A model generated the notes under the pieces. That model ran no database searches, was not told the origin of the DNA, and saw only the letters and a program-made list of their open reading frames with translations. This document shows positions 36,205 through 44,355 of a stretch of DNA of 64,000 nt, one piece after another; the stretch's first letter is position 1; every line of letters begins with the position of its first letter. A program made the position numbers and the translations under genes. Origin of the DNA: an uncultured Eubacteriales bacterium (lineage in GTDB: Bacteria; Bacillota; Clostridia; Christensenellales; Aristaeellaceae); NCBI GenBank assembly GCA_900548145.1, contig URJB01000005.1, positions 14,589 through 78,588 of the forward strand, in the 5' to 3' direction.

Positions 36205-37190
36205 GCGATGCCGCCTCCTTCCCCGTTAGGATCCGCCTTGCGCAGGATGGACAGGGAGATCAGGATCAGCACCATCATGATCAGGGAAAGGGCGCTGCCC
36301 AGATTCCAGTCGCCGGCGGTCAGGAACGTGGTCTCGATCAGGTCGCCGAACATCTGGGTGGAGCCGCCGCCCAGCACCCGGGGAATGAAGAACGTGGTCA
36401 CCGAGGGCATGAACACCATCGTGATCCCGCTGATCACGCCGGGGATGCTCAGCGGCATGGTCACCTTCAGCAGGGTCTTGGCTTCGTTGCAGCCCAGATC
36501 CATGGCGGCCTCGCCCAGCTTGGGGTCCATCTTGCTCAAGCTGGTGTAGATGGGGAATACCATGAAGGGCAGGAAGTTGTACACCATGCCCAGCAGCACC
36601 GCCCCCTGATTGTACATCAGCTGCACCCTGCCCACGCCGATCCATTCCAGAAAGGCGTTGATCAGGCCGTTATCCTCCAAAAGGCTCATCCACGCGATGG
36701 TGCGCAGCAGGAAGTTCATCCACATGGGGATGATGAACAGCACCACCAGCGTGGAGCCCAGCTTCATGTGCCGGTCGGCCATGAACAGTGCCGCCGGGTA
36801 GCCCAGCAGCAGGGAAAAGGCCGTGCACAGGAACGCCATCCATAGGGAATAGACCAGCGTGTCCACATTGACGGAGCCCCGGGGAATGGTGGCGGCCACC
36901 TCGTCCCCGGCCACGGCCCGCATGTTTTCCCGCATGATGTGGTTGCTGTCCCAGAACGCCCGGAAGTTATCCAGCGTCAGCTGGCCGCTGCCGTCGGTCA
37001 GAGCGTAATAGGCGATCAGCACGCAGGGAAGCAGCGTAAACAGGATCATCCACAGAATATAGGGCGAAGCGAACAGCGAACGCTTCACGCCGTGATTCCG
37101 CTTCACGCTCAGGGTCAGAAGCCCCAGAAACAGCATCAGCCCCGCGCCCATCAGCGCGTAGGCCCACCAGGGCAGCGATACGTTATACAT
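36201..37190 (-). CDS. potB: Spermidine/putrescine ABC transporter permease
   Basis: [24 protein letters not shown] loop. ATGA overlap with potC. Start set to the ATG at 37190 (9 nt after gaggagg); 37208 is the alternative. Confidence 0.85.
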   Translation of the reverse strand: MYNVSLPWWAYALMGAGLMLFLGLLTLSVKRNHGVKRSLFASPYILWMILFTLLPCVLIAYYALTDGSGQLTLDNFRAFWDSNHIMRENMRAVAGDEVAATIPRGSVNVDTLVYSLWMAFLCTAFSLLLGYPAALFMADRHMKLGSTLVVLFIIPMWMNFLLRTIAWMSLLEDNGLINAFLEWIGVGRVQLMYNQGAVLLGMVYNFLPFMVFPIYTSLSKMDPKLGEAAMDLGCNEAKTLLKVTMPLSIPGVISGITMVFMPSVTTFFIPRVLGGGSTQMFGDLIETTFLTAGDWNLGSALSLIMMVLILISLSILRKADPNGEGGGIA

Positions 37191-38265
37191 CCGCGATCGC
37201 CTCCTCATCCACCGGCGGCTCCGGCATGGGATGCATGATATGAATGTTGTAGGGCACGATGGTCAGGCCCACCCGGGAGCCCTGGGGCTGCATGATGGTG
37301 GAGTGGACCTTGAACACCGTTTCGCCGGTGTCGATCATCATTTCGTAGTGAACGCCCTTGAACAGCACGCTCTGCACCACGCCGGTCAGCTGGCCGATGT
37401 CCTCGCCCACGATCATGATGTCCTCCGGGCGGATGACCACGTCCACCGGCGCGTTTTCGCCGAAGCCGGAATCCACGCAGGGGAAGTCGAAGCCGCAGAA
37501 GTTCACCAGCTCGTCCTCGATCATGGTGCCCCGCAGGATGTTGCTCTCGCCGATGAAGTTGGCCACGAAAGCGTTGGCCGGCTCGTCATACACGCTCTTG
37601 GGGTCGCCGATCTGCAGGATGTGGCCGTCCTGCATGACCACGATGGTGTCGCTCATGGTCAGGGCTTCTTCCTGATCGTGGGTCACGTAGATAAAGGTGA
37701 TGCCCAGCTGCTGCTGCATGCTCTTCAGCTCCAGCTGCATCTCCTTGCGCAGCTTCAAGTCCAGTGCGCCCAGCGGCTCGTCCAGAAGCAGCACCTCCGG
37801 CTCGTTCACCAGCGCCCGGGCAATGGCGATGCGCTGCTGCTGGCCGCCGGAGAGCTGATCCACGCCCCGCTTGCCGTATCCCTTCAGGTTGACCAGCTCC
37901 AGCATCCGGTCCACCTTCACGTCGATCTCCTTGCGACCCATTTTCTTGATCTTCAGGCCGAAGGCGATGTTGTCCCGCACGTTCAGGTGGGGAAACAGCG
38001 CGTATTTCTGGAACACGGTGTTCACCCGGCGCTTATAGGGCGGCACGGCGGTGATGTCCTTGCCCTCAAAAAACACGGTGCCCGTGGTGGGGTATTCAAA
38101 CCCGCCGATGATCCGCAGGGTGGTGGTCTTGCCGCAGCCGGAAGGGCCCAGCAGCGTCAGGAACTCCTTTTTGCGGATGTAAAGGTCGATATCGCTCAAA
38201 ACGGTGGTTCCGTCGAACTCCTTGGATACGTTTTTCAGTTCAATGAGGTGTTCCTGTTCCATCAT
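37183..38265 (-). CDS. potA: Spermidine/putrescine ABC transporter ATPase
   Basis: Walker [30 protein letters not shown]-terminal TOBE-like domain. Confidence 0.92.
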   Translation of the reverse strand: MMEQEHLIELKNVSKEFDGTTVLSDIDLYIRKKEFLTLLGPSGCGKTTTLRIIGGFEYPTTGTVFFEGKDITAVPPYKRRVNTVFQKYALFPHLNVRDNIAFGLKIKKMGRKEIDVKVDRMLELVNLKGYGKRGVDQLSGGQQQRIAIARALVNEPEVLLLDEPLGALDLKLRKEMQLELKSMQQQLGITFIYVTHDQEEALTMSDTIVVMQDGHILQIGDPKSVYDEPANAFVANFIGESNILRGTMIEDELVNFCGFDFPCVDSGFGENAPVDVVIRPEDIMIVGEDIGQLTGVVQSVLFKGVHYEMMIDTGETVFKVHSTIMQPQGSRVGLTIVPYNIHIMHPMPEPPVDEEAIADV

Positions 38266-38297
38266 GACGGTACAGCTCCTTTAGCAGGCTCAAGCTC

Positions 38298-38831
38298 TCA
38301 AAAGCTCGGCGGAGTAGAGATCCAAAGAATGACGGCGGGGTGAGCGCCGGTGTTTTCCAGATAATGGGTCGTGTTGGGGTGCAGGCAGAAGCTGAAGCCC
38401 TTCCGCACCCGGTAGGTGCGTTTGCCCGCCACCAGATTTACCTGACCGTGAAGCACATAGCCGAACTCCTCGCTTTCCAGCGGCGGCAGTTCATTGCTTC
38501 GGGCCCCCGGCTGCAGTTCCAGCAGGATGGGTTCCATGCTGTTGCGCTGAGCGTCGGGCACCAGCCAGGTAATCTTCTTATCGTCCTCTTCCTTTTCGAA
38601 CATGTCCTGCGGGGCGTAGACCACTTTTTCCGCCGAATCGTCGGAGAAAAACTCCTTCAGGCTGGAACCGAGGCATTCCAGCATGTCCGTCAGGGTGGCG
38701 ATGGACGGCGAGGCCAGATCCCGTTCCACCTGCGAAATAAAGCCCTTGCTCAGCTCGCAGCGGTCGGCCAGTTCTTCCTGCGTCAGGTTGCGCTGGATCC
38801 GCAGTTCCTTCAGCTTCTCCCCAATGTTCAC
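38298..38831 (-). CDS. XRE-family HTH regulator with C-terminal cupin domain (PuuR-like)
   Basis: GTG start. HTH LTQEELADRCELSKGFISQVER; cupin block EEFGYVLHGQVNLVAGKRTYRVRKG. Confidence 0.85.
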   Translation of the reverse strand: MNIGEKLKELRIQRNLTQEELADRCELSKGFISQVERDLASPSIATLTDMLECLGSSLKEFFSDDSAEKVVYAPQDMFEKEEDDKKITWLVPDAQRNSMEPILLELQPGARSNELPPLESEEFGYVLHGQVNLVAGKRTYRVRKGFSFCLHPNTTHYLENTGAHPAVILWISTPPSF

Positions 38832-38871
38832 CGAGGCTCATCTCTTTCCGATGGGTGTTGTTTTCGTCCGT

Positions 38872-38892
38872 GAGTTTAGAAATAGTAAACTC
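38872..38892. promoter_or_regulatory. Inverted repeat in the 5' leader of the puuR-like/pot operon (candidate operator)
   Basis: gagttta-gaaatag-taaactc, located just downstream of the predicted -10. Confidence 0.45.
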
Positions 38893-38906
38893 GCAAAACA
38901 GTATGT

Positions 38907-38935
38907 ATTTAATCACAAAGCAGGGGGGATGTCAA
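38907..38935 (-). promoter_or_regulatory. Sigma-A promoter for the regulator-potABCD operon
   Basis: Minus strand reads ttgaca-17 nt-ttaaat with a TGn extension (tgattaaat). Confidence 0.65.
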
Positions 38936-38982
38936 TAGAATTTGTCGTTTTTTGCGCGGAAAATTCGAAGGCTCAAACACGC

Positions 38983-39036
38983 AAAAACCGTCCTGCCTTC
39001 AGCCGTGTTTCGGCCCGGACAGGACGGTTTTTTGTT
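38983..39036. terminator. Bidirectional intrinsic terminator
   Basis: aaaaaccgtcctg...caggacggtttttt, 14 nt past the yitT-like stop. Confidence 0.8.
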
Positions 39037-39049
39037 TCTACCTATTAGA

Positions 39050-39919
39050 TTACATCACGCCGCGGAAGCCCTTGCCGATGATCTCCGTGGTGTTCGTGAT
39101 GAGGATAAAGCAGGAAGGATCCACGCTCTTGGCGTACAGGCGCAGCTTGATGGCCTGCGCCCGGTTCACCACCGTCAGGATGACGGTCTTGTTCTCGTGG
39201 GTGTACGCGCCCTCGCCCTGCATGTCCGTCGCGCCCCGGTGCAGATCCTTCACAATAAAGTCGATGATCTGCTCCGGCTTGCTGGTGATGATCTGGAAGC
39301 ACTTATGCACGGCGATGTTTTCCAGCACCATGTCCACGATGACGGATTTCAGCGCCAGTCCCAGCAGGCTGAACATCCCCGTTTCGATGCCGAAGGCAAT
39401 GCCGGACACCACCGTAATGGTAAAGTCCACAAACAGCAGGCACTGGCCAATGTTGATGTTGGTCTTGCTCTTGAGGATCATGGCCACGATGTCCGTGCCG
39501 CCGCTGGAAGCCTGCATATTGAACATGATGGCGCTGCCGATGGCGGGGAAGGTGACGGCGAAGATCAGCTCCAGCAGGGGCTGATTGGTCAGAGGCGCGT
39601 CCATGGGGCAAATGTACTCCAGCCCCCAGATCACGCAGGACATCAGCAGGCTCACATAGGCGGTGCGGAAGCCGAAGGAGCGTCCGAATACCAGAAAGCC
39701 CAGCAGCAGCAGGCTCTGGTTGATGATGAACACAAACGCGCCCGCCGACAGGTTCGGGGCGTAATGGCCCAGAATGATGGAAATACCGCTGACGCCGCCG
39801 GTGGAGAAATGATTGGGGAATTTGAAGAAATAAATCCCTACGCACATCAGCAATGTGGCCAGCGTCAGCATGGTATAGTCCCGCACGATCTGAGCAGGCG
39901 TTTGTTTTTCCTTCTGCAT
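39050..39919 (-). CDS. YitT-family membrane protein (with DUF2179-like C-terminal domain)
   Basis: FKFPNHFSTGGVSGISIIL motif, about 5 TM, soluble C-terminal domain ending ITNTTEIIGKGF. Confidence 0.85.
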   Translation of the reverse strand: MQKEKQTPAQIVRDYTMLTLATLLMCVGIYFFKFPNHFSTGGVSGISIILGHYAPNLSAGAFVFIINQSLLLLGFLVFGRSFGFRTAYVSLLMSCVIWGLEYICPMDAPLTNQPLLELIFAVTFPAIGSAIMFNMQASSGGTDIVAMILKSKTNINIGQCLLFVDFTITVVSGIAFGIETGMFSLLGLALKSVIVDMVLENIAVHKCFQIITSKPEQIIDFIVKDLHRGATDMQGEGAYTHENKTVILTVVNRAQAIKLRLYAKSVDPSCFILITNTTEIIGKGFRGVM

Positions 39920-39951
39920 CTTTTCGTTCTCTCCTTACGTTTTCCGGGCGG

Positions 39952-40683
39952 TTACAGGCTGAATTCCACGCGCACGGCGCGGCCCACGAAGTTCAGTTCC
40001 GGCAGGGCGCAGCTCTCGCCTGCGTATTCCCGGTCGTAGCTCTGCAGAAGCACGTTCATCGCGTCCAGCTTCTTCACCTTGCGCAGGAAGCGGTGGCCGT
40101 CCTTTTCCACCAGCATGATGGCCCCGTCAATGGGGCTGCCGGCGGGCACGATCAGGCAAAGATCCTCCCGCATGATGCGGAAGCCCCGCATGGTATCATC
40201 GGGAGCCTGAAAATAGAAGACCTTTTCAGGCGCAGAACCCTCGATGCGGCCATCCATAATGGGCAGCAGCCGGTGATCCACTTCCTTCATGACGGCGTTG
40301 TACACCGGCACCCGCTTCAGCACGCTGCTGAGCGCGTCCAGCCACACGCCGCCGGTGATGTTCTTGCTTTCTTCCTCGCTTTGGGAGCTGTAGACCTTCT
40401 CCGCCTCCCGGGCGCGGGGCGCAGGCTTCGGCGCGGCTTTGGGCGCGGCGGTCTGCAAATCGACGGTGGCGGCGATGTCGTCCAGGCTGAACCCGGCCTC
40501 GTTCTGCTCGGTCAGCCCCATTTTCTTCAAAATGCGGCGGGCCTGATCGTCCGCGATGATGCGGGTGCCCGCCTCCACATCCTTCAAATAGCCCTCGCTC
40601 ACGCCGCCCAGCTTGGCCACCTGCTTCAGTGTCATGTTCCGGCGCAGACGCTCGGTATGCAGCAAATCTCCCAAACGGCTCAT
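39952..40683 (-). CDS. XRE-family HTH protein with Ala/Pro/Lys-rich linker and LexA/S24-like C-terminal beta-domain
   Basis: HTH MTLKQVAKLGGVSEGYLKDVEAG. C-terminal FQAPDDTMRGFRIMREDLCLIV...LRKVKK resembles the S24 GDSM...K layout but reads DTM. Start set at MSRLGDLL, not the track's 40743. Confidence 0.7.
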   Translation of the reverse strand: MSRLGDLLHTERLRRNMTLKQVAKLGGVSEGYLKDVEAGTRIIADDQARRILKKMGLTEQNEAGFSLDDIAATVDLQTAAPKAAPKPAPRAREAEKVYSSQSEEESKNITGGVWLDALSSVLKRVPVYNAVMKEVDHRLLPIMDGRIEGSAPEKVFYFQAPDDTMRGFRIMREDLCLIVPAGSPIDGAIMLVEKDGHRFLRKVKKLDAMNVLLQSYDREYAGESCALPELNFVGRAVRVEFSL

Positions 40684-40844
40684 AGAGATGATCCTCCCAT
40701 AAAAAACAGAATAAAAACAAAAGCCTTTTGGAGTATACCACATCCCTGCGGCGAATGGACAGGGAAAAAATGAAAAATTGCTCTCTTTTTCAGGTCATTC
40801 TTCGGGCGCTTCGTCAAAAAATCACAAAATATTAGCGTGAGGAC

Positions 40845-40873
40845 TTTTTACAAACAGAAAAATGTGATATACT
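40845..40873 (+). promoter_or_regulatory. Extended -10 promoter of the NifU-like/GGGtGRT operon
   Basis: tg-a-tatact with tatact at 40868-40873; weak -35 (ttttta or tttaca). Followed by atgtgt-N7-acacat (40882-40900) and the RBS aggagg. Confidence 0.6.
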
Positions 40874-40927
40874 ACACCTGTATGTGTCCACATTACACAT
40901 TATGTTGGAACAGGAGGAACCAATTCG

Positions 40928-41629
40928 ATGCAATACTCCAAGGAAGTTGAAGAAATGGTATGCGTCGCCAAGGGCCCGAACCACGGCCCCGCGCCCATTC
41001 CCGAAGAAGGCAAGTGGGTGCAGGCGAAGGAGATCAAGGACATCTCCGGCCTGACCCACGGTATCGGCTGGTGCGCCCCTCAGCAGGGCGCCTGCAAACT
41101 GACCCTGAACGTCAAGAACGGCGTCATTGAAGAAGCGCTGGTGGAGACCATCGGCTGCTCCGGTATGACCCATTCCGCCGCTATGGCCAGTGAAATTCTG
41201 CCCGGCAAAACCATTCTGGAAGCGCTGAACACCGACCTGGTGTGCGACGCTATCAACACCGCCATGCGCGAGCTGTTCCTGCAGATCGTCTACGGCCGCA
41301 CTCAGTCCGCCTTCTCCGACGACGGTCTGGTCATCGGCGCGGGTCTGGAAGACCTGGGCAAGGGCCTGCGCAGTCAGGTCGGCACCATGTACGGCACCAA
41401 GCTGAAGGGCACCCGTTATCTGGAAATGGCCGAAGGCTATGTGCTCAAGCTGGCGCTGGACAAGGACGATCAGGTCTGCGGCTACCAGTTCCTGTCTCTG
41501 GGCAAGATGATGGACGCCATCAAGAAGGGCATGTCCCCCAACGAAGCCTACGAGAAGAACATCGGCACCTACGGCCGGTTCAAGGCGGAAGACGGCGCGG
41601 TCAAGTGGATCGACCCGCGCAAGCAGTAA
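40928..41629 (+). CDS. NifU/IscU-like N-terminal domain protein with C-terminal half of unknown function
   Basis: Cys triad in IscU-like spacing: QGACKLTL (C56), TIGCSGMTHSAAMAS (C77), LVCDAI (C106). Strongly biased codon usage. Confidence 0.85.
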   Translation: MQYSKEVEEMVCVAKGPNHGPAPIPEEGKWVQAKEIKDISGLTHGIGWCAPQQGACKLTLNVKNGVIEEALVETIGCSGMTHSAAMASEILPGKTILEALNTDLVCDAINTAMRELFLQIVYGRTQSAFSDDGLVIGAGLEDLGKGLRSQVGTMYGTKLKGTRYLEMAEGYVLKLALDKDDQVCGYQFLSLGKMMDAIKKGMSPNEAYEKNIGTYGRFKAEDGAVKWIDPRKQ

Positions 41630-41645
41630 TAGGAGGTGTGCAGAA

Positions 41646-42662
41646 ATGGCTTTGTTTGAAGGTTTTGAACGTCGCATGCCTCAGCTCCAGCCTGTGCTTG
41701 AAAAGTATGGCTTCAAGGATTTTGATGAGCTGAAGGCTTTCAACAATTCCAAGGGCGTTGACGCCTACAAGATCGTGGAGGGCATCCAGCCCATCGCTTT
41801 CGAAAACGCCAAGTGGGCTTATGAACTGGGCGCGGCCATCGCGCTGAAGAAGGATGTCAAGACCGCCGCCGAGGCTGCCAAGTGCATCGGCGAAGGCCTG
41901 CAGGCTTTCTGCATCCCCGGCTCCGTCGCCGACCAGCGTCAGGTGGGTCTGGGCCACGGCAATCTGGGCGCCATGCTGCTGGACGAGAAGACCGAGTGCT
42001 TCGCGTTCCTGGCCGGCCACGAGTCCTTTGCCGCTGCGGAAGGCGCCATCGGCATCGCCCGCAACGCCAACAAGGTCCGCAAGACTCCCCTGCGCGTCAT
42101 CCTGAACGGTCTGGGCAAGGACGCCGCCATGATTATCAGCCGCATCAACGGCTTCACCTATGTGCAGACCAAGTACGACTACCTGTCTGCCGACGTGAAG
42201 GAAGACCACGCTCTGACCATCGTCAACGAGACCAAGTACTCCGACGGTGAGCGCTCCAAGGTTCGCTGCTACGGCGCGGACGACGTGCGCGAGGGCGTTG
42301 CCATCATGTGGCACGAGGGCGTGGACGTTTCCATCACCGGCAACTCCACCAACCCCACCCGCTTCCAGCACCCCGTGGCGGGCACCTACAAGAAGGAATG
42401 CTGGGAAGCCGGCAAGCAGTACTTCTCCGTGGCTTCCGGCGGCGGCACCGGCCGTACCCTGCATCCCGACAACATGGCCGCCGGCCCCGCCTCTTACGGC
42501 ATGACCGACACCATGGGCCGTATGCACTCTGACGCTCAGTTCGCCGGTTCTTCCTCCGTTCCCGCTCACGTGGAAATGATGGGCCTGATCGGCATGGGCA
42601 ACAACCCCATGGTCGGCGCGACCGTGGCTGTGGCCGTGGCTGTAGAGGAAGCACAGAAGTAA
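41646..42662 (+). CDS. GGGtGRT-family protein (function unknown)
   Basis: Contains the literal family motif VASGGGTGRTLHPD. 338 aa, RBS aggaggtg, 17 nt after the upstream gene. Confidence 0.88.
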   Translation: MALFEGFERRMPQLQPVLEKYGFKDFDELKAFNNSKGVDAYKIVEGIQPIAFENAKWAYELGAAIALKKDVKTAAEAAKCIGEGLQAFCIPGSVADQRQVGLGHGNLGAMLLDEKTECFAFLAGHESFAAAEGAIGIARNANKVRKTPLRVILNGLGKDAAMIISRINGFTYVQTKYDYLSADVKEDHALTIVNETKYSDGERSKVRCYGADDVREGVAIMWHEGVDVSITGNSTNPTRFQHPVAGTYKKECWEAGKQYFSVASGGGTGRTLHPDNMAAGPASYGMTDTMGRMHSDAQFAGSSSVPAHVEMMGLIGMGNNPMVGATVAVAVAVEEAQK

Positions 42663-42674
42663 TTTCTTCGTGTA

Positions 42675-42720
42675 TTTTTCACAAAAATGTGGTCACTTAA
42701 GCGCCGTAAATTGTGAAAAA
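42675..42720. repeat. Perfect 10-bp inverted repeat with 26-nt spacer, directly after the GGGtGRT stop
   Basis: tttttcacaa (42675-42684) pairs with ttgtgaaaaa (42711-42720). Confidence 0.7.
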
Positions 42721-42721
42721 T

Positions 42722-42784
42722 GACGAGTGATTTTTGTTCACTCGTACACTACTCGTACATTACTCGTACACCTCTACTCGTACA
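42722..42784. repeat. Array of ACTCGTACA repeats (one inverted copy plus four direct copies)
   Basis: Direct copies at 42740-48, 42751-59, 42762-70 and 42776-84 (spacing 11, 11, 14 bp). Inverted core gacgagtga at 42722-30 forms a hairpin with the first copy. Confidence 0.8.
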
Positions 42785-42786
42785 CC

Positions 42787-42832
42787 AAAAACGACTCCCT
42801 CGTGGCTTACGCTGCGAGGGAGTTTTTGTTTT
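42787..42832. terminator. Bidirectional intrinsic terminator
   Basis: aaaaacg-actccctcg-tggcttacgctg-cgagggagt-ttttgtttt. Confidence 0.8.
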
Positions 42833-42837
42833 ACCAT

Positions 42838-42972
42838 TTATCTTATTTTGCAGATTTCGTCCATCAGCCAGGTGGGATCGCGGCAGGTGTAGACCTTCTC
42901 GGTGATGTCCGTAATCTGGTGGCCCACCATGTACTTGATGGCGTATTCGTCAACATTGTACTTCTTGGCCAT
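42838..42972 (-). pseudogene. C-terminal remnant (44 codons) of a tyrosine recombinase / phage-type integrase
   Basis: Translation MAKKYNVDEYAIKYMVGHQITDITEKVYTCRDPTWLMDEICKIR matches the integrase C-terminal block (..GH....DIT.KVYTH..) with the conserved His and catalytic Tyr. No upstream integrase sequence: the frame is closed 3 codons upstream. Confidence 0.7.
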
Positions 42973-42981
42973 GGTGTGCTT

Positions 42982-44199
42982 TTACCAGTAAAATTCGCCC
43001 CACCCGATCAAGTCCAGCCCGTACAGCGTACCAATCCCGTTCAGGCGCACATAAGCCATGCCGTCCATGGGAATAATGCCCTCCTTGTCGATGGTCGTCA
43101 GCAGGTTTCCGTTCGCGTCAAACACATCGACCGTGGTCAGGCAATCGACCTTCAGCTGCGCGGCTGAAACGTCCTTCCCCTTGTAGTCGCGCAGGTAGAG
43201 CATCGCCTGAGACAAGTCCACATACAGATCGGAATAACGCACGGAGCGTCCGGACAGCCGCGCAACGTTTTCAAGGCGATTAAAAGTCGGATACAGCGTC
43301 ACCTGCTGAACGCCCCGCAGATCAATCGGCGCGTCCATATCCCCGTAGTCGAACAGGGCGCTGTTCTCCTTCAGCCATGGATAAAATCCGTCCAATACAT
43401 CCTCGCCATAGCTGGCCTTCAGGGCGCTGACTTCCCTTTCGACCCGCTTCCCCTTTGTGGCTTGATCCAGTGCCGTCATCCATGCCGTGTCGTTTCCATA
43501 CACCCGATCCAGATAGGCCATAAAACGCAATCCTTCGCTGTAGCCCGGATTGCCGGAATAGGGATAGGGTTCTTTCATCCAGTGAGACAGTTCCTCCGTA
43601 TACAGTGTTTCTTCGTCTTCCAGTGCAACGTTATAGAGGATCTGTTGGGACGGGCCGACCGCATAGGCCAGCGCCGGGTCGTTTTCTTCCAGCCACTTTG
43701 CCGTTTGATAGGAGGTATATTCCGCAAAGCCTTCCGCCATCAGCCGGCTTTCCCAATCCTCCGAAGCCTCGTGATAAAAGTAATTCAGGGTATGGCTCAT
43801 TTCATGTAAAATGGCATAGCTGCCATTAGCCAGAAGATCCGCTGGGTAAAGGTCGATCTGGTTCTGATACGCAACGGGGACGTAGAATTCCCCCTCCTCC
43901 GACGTTTCGTTTGCGCGGCACCGCACCTCGATCTTCCGCGCATAGGCTCCGTCTTCAAAGCGAATGCCGCTGACCGTCTCCATGGCGCGGTATATCCCTT
44001 CCCACCGTTCCATCAGGTCGCCCGGCACGTACACGCCCGCGTCGATCGACACATGGAAGTGTTCGCTGAAAAGCTCGATCGGCTCGCTGGTGATGGTTCC
44101 CTGGGGAAACGTCACAGCCTGTTCCGCAAAGGCCGGTATCACCATGCACAGCAGGAGGAGCGCCGTTAGAAAGATCGCCGTTTTTTTCTTCATTTTCAT
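42982..44199 (-). CDS. Secreted gluzincin-like (HEXXH...E) putative metallopeptidase
   Basis: Signal peptide MKMKKKTAIFLTALLLLCMVIPAFA. AILHEMSHTL followed 19 residues after the HEXXH by MAEGFAEY, an M1-like HEXXH-X18/19-E arrangement. Confidence 0.75.
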   Translation of the reverse strand: MKMKKKTAIFLTALLLLCMVIPAFAEQAVTFPQGTITSEPIELFSEHFHVSIDAGVYVPGDLMERWEGIYRAMETVSGIRFEDGAYARKIEVRCRANETSEEGEFYVPVAYQNQIDLYPADLLANGSYAILHEMSHTLNYFYHEASEDWESRLMAEGFAEYTSYQTAKWLEENDPALAYAVGPSQQILYNVALEDEETLYTEELSHWMKEPYPYSGNPGYSEGLRFMAYLDRVYGNDTAWMTALDQATKGKRVEREVSALKASYGEDVLDGFYPWLKENSALFDYGDMDAPIDLRGVQQVTLYPTFNRLENVARLSGRSVRYSDLYVDLSQAMLYLRDYKGKDVSAAQLKVDCLTTVDVFDANGNLLTTIDKEGIIPMDGMAYVRLNGIGTLYGLDLIGWGEFYW

Positions 44200-44263
44200 T
44201 TTCCTTTCAACGTCTATTTGTGGAAGGCCGTCTTTTTATGTCGTTTTCGGTCGATTTACCAGC

Positions 44264-44292
44264 AGTATAATGCCGCGTTCTTTTCCTGTCAA
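44264..44292 (-). promoter_or_regulatory. Sigma-A promoter for the metallopeptidase-like gene
   Basis: Minus strand reads ttgaca-17 nt-tatact. Confidence 0.6.
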
Positions 44293-44355
44293 GGCCTTTC
44301 CATGGGCGCACTTTCCTTAGCTCCCCTGCCGTTCGCGCTGTGCGGGCGTTTTCCC

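Noticed and set aside
37231-40039. 370-aa and 365-aa plus-strand ORFs
   Set aside because: Antisense to potA / the XRE-cupin gene and to the YitT-like gene respectively. No motifs.
42740-42784. Possible CRISPR array
   Set aside because: The repeats are only 9 bp with 2-5 bp between them, and there are no cas genes. This is a binding-site-like or UTR repeat, not a CRISPR array.
42727-43167. 146-aa plus-strand ORF spanning the repeats, the integrase relic and the end of the metallopeptidase-like gene
   Set aside because: It crosses a strong bidirectional terminator and runs antisense to better-supported minus-strand features. No motifs.
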